Shown piece by piece: positions 54,373-64,000 of a stretch of 64,000 nucleotides of DNA. The stretch is taken from the NCBI RefSeq assembly GCF_006345805.1, contig NC_043018.1:1364001-1428000 (forward strand), written 5' to 3'. Position 1 is the first letter of the stretch. Every line of letters starts with the position of its first letter. The notes under the pieces were generated by a model. That model saw nothing but the letters and a program-made list of their open reading frames with translations, did not search any database and had not been told where the DNA came from. Position numbers and translations under genes: made by a program. This DNA comes from Octopus sinensis (taxonomy: Eukaryota).

Positions 54373-54880
54373 ATATATTGTTTTGAAATACAGGCACCAG
54401 AGAAACAGGAAATAAGAGTGAGAGAAACTTGTGGTGAAAGAGTACAGCAGGGTTCCCCACCAACACCTGCCGGAGCGTCGTGGAGCTTTAGGTGTTTTCA
54501 TGGAGTTTTATGTTGCTACATAGAAGAAATAAAGGCGGCGAGCTGGCAGAAACGTTAGCACGCCGGGCGAAATGCGTAGCCGTATTTCGTCTGCCGTTAT
54601 GTTCTGAGTTCAAATTCCGCCAAGGTTGACTTTGCCTATCATCCTTTCGGGGTCGATTAAATAAGTACCAGTTACGCACTGGGGTCGATATAATTGACAT
54701 AATCCGTTTGTCTGTCCTTGTTTGTCCTCTCTGTGTTTAGCCCCTTGTGGGTAGTAAAGAAATAGGAGCTTTAGGTGTTTTCGCTCAAGAAACATCCACA
54801 ATACTCGGTCTGGTAATCGAAACCGCGATCCTATGCCCGCGAGTTCGCTGCCTTAAACACTGGGCCATTGCGCCTCCTCT
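54373..54880 (-). mobile_element. SINE C interrupted by a chimeric insertion ending in SINE B
   Basis: 18-bp duplication ggagctttaggtgttttc at 54482-54499 and 54765-54782. Confidence 0.85.
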
Positions 54881-55437
54881 ATACGTTAACTTAAGGGAAA
54901 TGATATATCACATAGCGTAACTTGCTCTATCATAAATTCAGTTCCTCCATCCCAAGGCCAAAGAGAGTGAGAGAGAGAGAGAGAGATAATTTTTGTTCAC
55001 CTAATGTAATTTCCTTTTTCTCGACCGAAGCACATATTCCAAATGAATGATATGATTATAATCAAATGCATGTTTTGGGGAGTAGAATACCACAACGAAA
55101 TAACGAGCATGTAAGAACCATTGTGAAATGTAAGCCGCATGCTAATTACACACCGAAATAAGGAAATCAGTGAAAGCATTCTTAATGAATATTACGTCCT
55201 TTAGCGAAAACGCTAAATGACATTCTCATATGCGACATTACTTTTCGTGTGTGTTATTTATGAATATATTTCATTTTATTAATGTTTTAATAATCATCGA
55301 ATTTCCTTTCGCCTATTTCAACTGTTTAATCTTCATGCAGTTGGCGTCTCAGGAAGAAATTAAATTTCGCTATATTTACTATAGTTACCTTGATTATGCA
55401 GAAATGCGTGAAGACATGAATTCTCTCTCTCTTTTGT

Positions 55438-55493
<56 letters not shown>

Positions 55494-55513
55494 CGACTTT
55501 TGGTGTTTGTAAG

Positions 55514-55570
55514 TATTGGGTTGTCCGGAAAGTTCACGCCAATTTTTAAAGGAAAGAAAAAGGTCATAAA
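55514..55570 (-). mobile_element. Solo right end of the mariner family at 27324
   Basis: tattgggttgtccggaaagttcacgccaatttttaaaggaaa matches the reverse complement of 27850-27890. Confidence 0.75.
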
Positions 55571-55620
55571 TATATATATATATATATATATCTATACAAT
55601 ATGTTACATTACTCGTATCA

Positions 55621-55683
55621 AGATAAAACTCTGAGTTTCAGATGCCGAAGTGGAAATCCACCACACCATCTCATCGGTTATCT
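55621..55683 (-). ncRNA. Hammerhead motif homologous to 16533; core U4 reads C
   Basis: AGATAA-CCGATGA-GATG(...)CATC-T-GAAAC-TCAGA-GTT-TTATCT; 6-bp stem I. Confidence 0.65.
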
Positions 55684-56141
55684 GGCTATTTGAAACGTTA
55701 TGAAAAATATACCGTTAAAAATGAAGGAAATTCTCTGTTATAACTCTGCTTTGCCTGCGTACTTATACATCGCCGCATTTTTCGGTCATAAAATTAATAA
55801 AATACATAAAAATATATAAAATATAAAAATATAAAAATATCAAAATCTTCTTGGGACATAACACAGAACATGTTCTATCCGTTTTCTTTAGGGACCAAAA
55901 TGTAACTGAAATTTAGTCCATGTGGCATGATCCGAAAAGCTCTGTCCTTGTATTTAGACATGTATTTATATATATATATATAGACGGATTCTTCAGATTC
56001 CGCCTACCAAATCTTCTCACACGGTTTTGGTCGGCCCGAGTCTACAGTAGAAAACGCTTGCCCAAGGTGTCATGCTGTGGGACAGAACACGGAACCATGT
56101 GGTTGGTAATCAAGCCACTTACCACACAGCCAATCCTGCGC

Positions 56142-56181
<40 letters not shown>

Positions 56182-56639
56182 CATGTATAGATAGATATAT
56201 AGATAGATATAGATATATATGAGAGATAGAAAGAGAAAGATGGACAATATGTGTGTGTGTATGTATCAATTTAGGAGTCTCTGTTTCGAGTATTCCAATG
56301 TTTTAAGGAGAGGGAAACCACCTCTTAACCACTATTGCTCCCAACTCTATCTCTAACCAGCATTGGTAACACCTGACCAGCTTTCAGCCGTAGCTTAACT
56401 GGTGTATGTCAGGACTTTCCCACTGAATGCGGTGATGCGGGAAAACGCCTAGTTGATGTGAATATGCACAGTAAAACCACCTGGTATGAAGGACCCTTAG
56501 TTTATATCACAGCATTCTTGTAAGCAAGAACCACTCCGATGTAAAACCTGCGCTTTTAAAGTGATTACTAGTTTCATGTGATCATCTTCGTTCCGCCATT
56601 TAGTAGGAACTAATAAAAAAAAACTCAGATGTTGAAGAA

Positions 56640-57008
56640 GTGTTTCTCTCTGTCGTGGGACTCCGTCGGTTACGGCGACGAGTGTTCCAGTAGATCCGAT
56701 CAACAGAACAGCATGCTCTTGAAATTAACGTGCAAGTTGCTGAGCACTTCACAAACATGTGTACCTTTGACGTAGTTATCTGGAGATTCAGCGTGGCACA
56801 GAGTGCGACAAGGCTGGCCTTTGAAGTACAGGTACAAGAGAAACAGGAAGAAAGAAGCTTGTGGTGAAGGAGTTCAGCAAGGATCGCCACCTGGCGTTTT
56901 AGGTGTTTTCGCTCAATAAACACACACAACGCCCGATCTGCGAATCGAAACTGTGGTCCTACGACCGCGAGTCCACTGCCCTAACCACTGTTCCATTGCG
57001 CCTCCAAC
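56640..57008 (-). mobile_element. SINE C, older diverged copy
   Basis: Reverse complement of the family C head and tail. Other partial copies: 23450-23705, 31779-31920, 50835-50920. Confidence 0.85.
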
Positions 57009-59579
57009 GTTTCTGCCTGTGACACAATAGCATATATATGATGTCCCTTTGCGATGACCTCACTTGTCTTCCCATATACTGAAAGGCTTACGGTGACAGA
57101 AGAGAGACGACATGTTGTGACCCAACTTTCATCTGACGCAGATGCCTCAAACCACGCAGATCGTCATGCGAGACAGAATGTCAGAAATGTCATTGACAAG
57201 CCAGGAAGCACAACAGGACAGCAATCGTCCGTGAAGATTGAGTCATCACCATTTATGTATGTAAGTATGCATGTATGTATGTATGTATGTATGTGTGTGT
57301 GTGTATGTATGTATGTATGTATGTATGTATGTATGTATGTATGTATGTATGCTTGCCTGTATGTATGTATGTATGTATGTATGTATGTATGCATGCATGC
57401 ATAGGTGGATAGGTGAAGGATGGTCGATAGGTAGGGAGGGAGGGTAGGAAAGGAGGCTGGATGGATTGATGGATTGATGGTGGATGGATACATGAAAGGA
57501 GGAAGGATGAAGGAAGGGAGGAAGGATGGATGGATGGATGGACAGATGAAGGGATGGAGGTGAAAGACAGGGAGAGAGGAAATAGAGAGGGAGAAAGAGA
57601 TTAGGGGTGAATGAAGGGAGAGAAGGAGTTAGGGATTTAGGGATTTAGGGAGGGATGGCTGTTTGTTGAATGGATGAATGGTTGGATGGATGCATTCATG
57701 GATGCATGGATGGTTACAAGCTTCGTTCATATAGCAAGCCAGATTCTCAGAATTACGATAGAAAATCGAAAACTATTTTTGGAGGATAGATCCAAATCGT
57801 TCTAGTATTAGACGTGACTTTTATAAAATCATTTTTCCTGTGTGTAGGGTACGTAATGTGTTTGATCCTCAGAAGTTACCCGAAAAATAAAATATATTCC
57901 AACGACTGTATGAAGCAGCATAACAAGTGTCACTTGCCCTGTGAGTAATTTCCCATACTCTGTCTGAAAGTTCGATGTATAATCATGGCTTGAATGACTT
58001 TTCTCCTGACTCTGATCTCTGAAGACAATTATATATCAAGAGACATCTAAGGAAAATTTCCGTTTATTTTAGTCATCAATTTGCTTTAGTGAACCCTGGG
58101 TTTTCCTTTATCACAAAGATCAATAAGCGAAAGCTTTGCAGTCGTGCTCAGACCAATACTTTGAATATTAGGGAATCAGTGACTTTATTATCTCATTCTT
58201 GTATAAGAAATTCGGGTTTGATGGTATTTAACAGGTGTTTCATATTAATTCGTACTTTGAACTTAGCAACACAAAAAGAGTTTCTACCAATTAATTTGTC
58301 AGTAAATACCCTATTTGTGCATTCTTTACTGCATATCTCTTTTTATATTGTACAAGAAAACCCCATACATTAGATCTCTCCTACAATGGATTGGAGTTGC
58401 AGTGCTTTATTCGCAAAGCGATTCCTGAATGTTTCATAGCGTAAAGAACATGTAGCTACCTTTTACTGCATGATAAAGCGGAATGGAAATATAAAAAAAA
58501 GACGATCGATATTTGCAGGCAACAAAGCATATTTAGATTATTATTTAGTATATTTATTTCAGCGTAGACTGTGTCTTTAAATTTGTATTGTCTTATACCT
58601 GCAAATTTAATCTACGACAACGTTTCCAGGCGGTGGAGCGAGGATGCAGAATTAGTTGCCAAATTCTCTTGAAACCACACTTTACAATCTTAAAAATGAA
58701 GCAGTTGCTACATAGAAGAAATAAATAAATAAATTTCTTTTTCCATTTCCTCTTTTTCCTTTTAATGTTTCATCATTAGGAACAGTTTGGAAGTGAAAGG
58801 TATGCGCTGTTTGAATTGAGCTACGCACGAACACATGGCTGTTCGTATCTCACGGATGATAAGACAGTTCAATCAGCTTCAAACAATGAACTCTAACTAA
58901 AGCAGTGTTACATTCCATCGATTAAAGTTTCAACAGTTCTCCTTGGTAGACTTCTGGTGGTGTATTCTGGCAGAAAACCAGCGAAATTCCTTCAGTGCCC
59001 AACCAAACATATTTTCAACAGTGTTTGGATGAAGCTAACAGCAACAAGTTTATTCAATTAAGAATACTGAACAAACTAAAATTGTTAGGGATTCTAATGT
59101 TAATTAAATAACCCGGTTAAATAATTCGCTTGAATATTAAATTACAAGAAGAAAGAACTACCGTGTAGATAGCAATGCTTCAAAAGAATACATTTTCTGG
59201 CAACTTATCAAAGGCTATCCATACGCAAATCTTAATTACAGAAGCCATGTCTTACAAATGTTTTAAGTTGGCTAAATGCTGTGAACGTTGTAAAGAGGAG
59301 AAAGGTGCTGTTCATATATATACACAAGTACGTATATGTGTGTATGTGTGTTTATGTGTGTGTGTGCGTATGCCTTTCTGAACATAAAGGTGTATATATT
59401 AATCTATTTATCTGTATACGTATGTATATAGACATGTGCATACACACACACACACGCATATATATATATATACATACACGTGCAGACACACACACATACA
59501 CATATATGTGCATATGTATGCATTTGTATACAACTTTCTATACACGCACTAATATATATGTGTGTGTTGTGGGTGCATG

Positions 59580-59632
<53 letters not shown>

Positions 59633-61120
59633 GCGTACGTGTGTGTTTGTGTAGGCGTCTGTTTATGAATATATCTATCAGTCTATCTATTTTCATATAT
59701 AGATATATAGATATGTCTTATGAATGCATGTACATATGTAGTATGCATGTATTTATGTAAGTAATGCGTATGTATGCATTTATGTATGTTTGTATCTATG
59801 TATGCGTCTACGCATTCATGCATGTTTGTATGCATGCAAGCATGTATGTATGCATGTATGCCAATACATATGAAAGATCCGCTCAAAATGCGTTATTTTC
59901 TCTCAACTTCGATCAAAATAAATGCTTGTATTATAGATAAGGGTTTGCTGACCATGGAAGGAAATTACCTCTGGTTAAAATCTTTACATTTTGCTTTACA
60001 GATATTTATCCACTTTTTCCAAAAGTGAAGCGTATATTATCTTAGCTTTGTGTTTGGAGGTAGGAAAATTGAGATTTTATCTATTTAAGTAAATTGCGGT
60101 CGGATTCTTTATTTCCTTGCCTGACATGCTTTTCAGTGAGGACATGTAAAAATAATAGATTTTGTGAGTGTACTCAGATATTTACGGATAATGTTACTCA
60201 TTTTAATGAATGACGCTATAACGTTCATCGAACAATTCAGGTATAAGATGTCTACAATTTGCAGTTATTCACTCTTAGGTATTATCAGTTAGGAGATACT
60301 AAAAACAGAAATGGCGTGACGAATCCCCATCACGTTTTTGTCACAAAATTAGCAAGATCTGACTGCTGTTTGCAAACGTTTCCAGATATATTTACATGGA
60401 ACGCAATCAATTACTGCATTGTTGCAGATCTCCGTTGTATAGACCACAGTATATGCTCTCTATTTTTCTCTTTGCATTTCTCTTTCAATCTATCATTGCC
60501 TCGGTCTTTTTCTATCTTCCTCTCTCTATTTCACGCTCTTTCTTCTGTTCGCTAAATGTGTGCTCGCACACGCTCACATACCGTCCAATTATTTAACGTA
60601 GGAGTATTATGGAGAGCTGGCAGAATCGTTGCTATATCGGGCAAGATGCTTAATCGTATTTCTTTCAGTTCTTTGCATTCTGAATTCAAAATCCAGCGTA
60701 GACTTTTCATTTCATCCTCCCGGAGTTAATAAAACAGGTACCAGTTAAACATTGCCAATCGCTCATATTACTTTATAATAATGAGTTAGTCCATATTTTA
60801 GTCACATGAGTGGTGGAAGGGATACTTCCACAACATATAGATATATATGTATATGTACATTCGTTTGCCTTGATCACGAGCCTAACGCTTTCAGCCTAAG
60901 CCCTTGGCCCAACTGGTTTCGAATAGTATCGGAGAGGATTGGCCGAAACTACGTAGACATTCCAGACTCCGACTGAAGAAGCAATTGGCTGCGAATGATC
61001 TATGTCTATTGTTTTGTCCCGTTTGCCATTGTTGTGCTGTCGTCTTTTTCCTGTTTTTTATGTCTTGACCATTTGCGTTTGTTGGCGTTTTATCTTATAT
61101 ATATATATATATATATATAT

Positions 61121-61350
61121 ACCGGAGTAAACACATAAATGTGAAAAAAGGTGGAAAAAAGAGTACTCAAATACCAGTGGTAGAGTAATATGCTTTATTT
61201 TAAGCAGCAGAAAATTCAACAAAATCTGTTACTCTGAGTTTCTCGTTGCCGTTCATCAGACAGTTTTTGCTAGCAAAAACTGTCTGATGAACGGCAACGA
61301 GAAACTCAGAGTAACAGATTTTGTTGAATTTTCTGCTGCTTAAAATAAAG
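61121..61350. mobile_element. PLE-like end forming a perfect 158-bp palindrome (61193-61350) with a hammerhead on each strand
   Basis: Centre ...tttttgct|agcaaaaa... between 61271 and 61272. Plus-strand motif CTGT-CTGATGA-acgGCAAcga-GAAAC-TCAGA-GTA-ACAG at 61280-61317; mirror copy at 61226-61263(-). Confidence 0.85.
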
Positions 61351-62806
61351 TATATATATATATATATATACGTATACATCGGCAATTCAAAGAACATGTC
61401 AACTCCACCATATATTTGAAACCACTGAGAACTTAACTCAAATAGTCTTGTCGTTTTGTTAGCGAGCGGCTTCACCTCTATCAAGAACTTATTAAATAAG
61501 ACGCAAAGAAAATCCTGCATACGTTTGTTTGCGTTTCTCTCTCTCCCCCTCTCTCTTTCTTCTTCTCCTCTCCTCTTTCTTTCTCCTTCTCTCTCCCCTC
61601 TTTGCTTCTCCTTCTCTGTTTCTCTCTTTCCCTCTCCTTTCTTGACAACCATTATTATTTCATTACGATCACTTAACGGTTCATAAAAGGGAGACCAATA
61701 TAATAAACGCCACACTTAAAGTTTCAAAAGGAGTCGATTTACTCGTACAAAGTCATCCAGGTGATGCCGTAGCATGACCTTGTCCAGTAACTAAAATACG
61801 TTAAAAGAATAACAGAATACACACACATAAATATATATTTGTTTATACATATGCACGGAACTGTACATTCCAGATCAGCCATACACACCGACAAGCAGCT
61901 ACGGATATACACACACTACGATACGGTTATAACCGATTGCCTAGCAATGTCTCTATACACACAGTGTATACCGTAGGAAATTAGTAACTACGCTTATGTA
62001 CGCAGATTAATATATAAAAAAACCGCACGTATGTTCTCCCATTAGGGCTAGTGCAGAAGTGTACACACACATGCATGCAGCTACACAAGCATAAAGGCAC
62101 GTACATACAAAAAAAATGGGGGAAAAACACATAGAGTTATACAAATATATAGATGCAAATGTTCACGGGTGAAAAACAAAATAATAAATAACATAATGGA
62201 AAAAATGAAAAATAAAAGATGAACCAAGTGTACAAGCAAGAATTGAGTATGTATGAAAGAAAGAAGGTGAGCTGGAATTAACTAGAAATTTCGCTTGCAT
62301 AGAGTTAAGAATTTTTTTTATTATTTATTTACGTATTTCTTTATTTTGTTGGTAATTTTTGTGTGTTAGAAAGTTGGTAAAGAAATCTTCAAAAGCTATC
62401 TGTAAATTAATATTTCATTGAATTTTTGGTGAAAAATATTGCGCAAAGAATATAATGATTTTTGAAATTTATGTAATAACTAGAGATTGGTTGAAGGTAA
62501 ATGAAACTCTGCAAAAACGAAAGAAAGAAAGAAAAAAAGACGTTCTGAAAGAGAGAGAGAGTAAGAAAAAAAGAAAATAGGAAAAATTCTTTAGCTGGAG
62601 AAGGTTGGATGGAATAAAAGGGAAAATAAGCTGCAGTACCCAAGTGAACAACTAAAAAGGAGAAAATAAATAAAAATATGAAATCAGCATTTTCACTTTG
62701 TGCAAATTCTACACTGTAAATTGTAAGTGGTTGTGGTATATTTTGAATTTCGTTGATACATACACATATACATACATACATACATACATATATAGATATA
62801 TATATA

Positions 62807-62871
<65 letters not shown>

Positions 62872-62875
62872 ATAT

Positions 62876-62968
<93 letters not shown>

Positions 62969-63294
62969 CATATTATATAAACGCACGTATATATAGAAAG
63001 AGAAAGAGAGAGATGAAGAGAAGGGAAAGAGAAGCAGACAGAGAGAGAAAGATAAATATATAATTGTATTGACAAATACATAAATATGTATATATGTATA
63101 TAAGCATGACTATGTATACTCATAAATTTACACATATATATATGTATGTATGCATATATACATACGAGTGTGTGCGTGTGCGTATGTGTCTTCACATATA
63201 TGCACGTATATATGTATACATATACATATATATCTATACACATACATTCTTACATATATACATATATACATATATACATATATACATATATAAT

Positions 63295-63326
<32 letters not shown>

Positions 63327-63351
63327 CATATATACATATATACATATATGC

Positions 63352-63390
<39 letters not shown>

Positions 63391-63692
63391 CATACATGTG
63401 TGCATGCATAACATACTTTTTGGAATGAAAGGATTATAGATTCAAGATAAAGTACTCGTTAGTCCACAAGTACAATTATGCTCTTTGCTATACTCATTAG
63501 TTTTTGATTATTTTCGGTGTTAATTATGTTTCTGCTCTGACTTCTTTCACTCAAAACTAATCTTAGTTAAGCAATTTCATGATAAGCCTTCTAAATTTAT
63601 CTTTTTTTTTTTTTCCTTTGATTGTATGTATGTATATGACTATTTGTGTACTGATATATATGTAAAAGAATTTGATTATTATATGTAAGTGG

Positions 63693-64000
63693 TATTAGGT
63701 TCGCCGGAAAGTTCGTGCCGATTTATGGTAGCTTACCGACTTATTTTAAAACATGGTTGAGTCCATAAAATAGGATTTGACTATACCTCCATTTAGAGCA
63801 CAGTTTAAGCTATTTTTTCTTGGAAGAAGGTTTATGTTCCTATAACGTGTTAATTCTGTAACCCTTTAAAATGGAAGATAAGAAAGTTCATTTTCGGCAC
63901 TTGAGGCTTTGGTAACCAGACAAAAATTGCTGCAGCTCGGCTGGGATGTTACCCCACCTTCCATACTCACCAGATATTGCTCCTTCAGATTTCCACTTAA
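63693..64000 (+). mobile_element. Second copy of the internally deleted mariner (runs off the window)
   Basis: TIR tattaggttcgccggaaagttcgtgccga; same MEDKKVHFRHL / QKLLQLGWDV junction as 27324. Confidence 0.85.

Noticed and set aside
54172-54375. Possible exon near the acceptor-like tttcttttgtag (about 54223-54234) or the 109-aa minus ORF
   Set aside because: All plus frames close within 25 codons, and the minus ORF starts inside a SINE.

Overview
This is AT-rich, microsatellite-dense animal DNA with one 100-N gap (19406-19505). The SINE families suggest a coleoid cephalopod, probably Octopus; that is recalled resemblance, not a database hit. I found no host protein-coding exon I can support, so the window reads as intronic or intergenic. 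Almost all ORFs in the track are translated (TA)n/(TG)n or trinucleotide repeats. The recognisable content is a layered transposon record: three tRNA-derived SINE families (here A, B, C; about 35 copies or fragments), a complete decayed hAT (Buster/Charlie-like) element with TIRs and TSD, Tc1 and mariner relics, a 372-bp non-autonomous Helitron, R4/Dong-like and CR1-like LINE fragments, and many Penelope-like (PLE) terminal fragments next to (TA)n. The most interesting signal is a set of about seven minimal type I hammerhead-ribozyme motifs in those PLE-like ends. It includes a perfect 158-bp palindrome with a hammerhead on each strand, a two-copy hammerhead family, and a possible G3-C8 core-swap variant. 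Secondary signals are modular SINE evolution (tail swap, fixed-junction dimers, a chimeric insertion, a SINE/LINE tail hairpin with covarying stem) and short templated local duplications.
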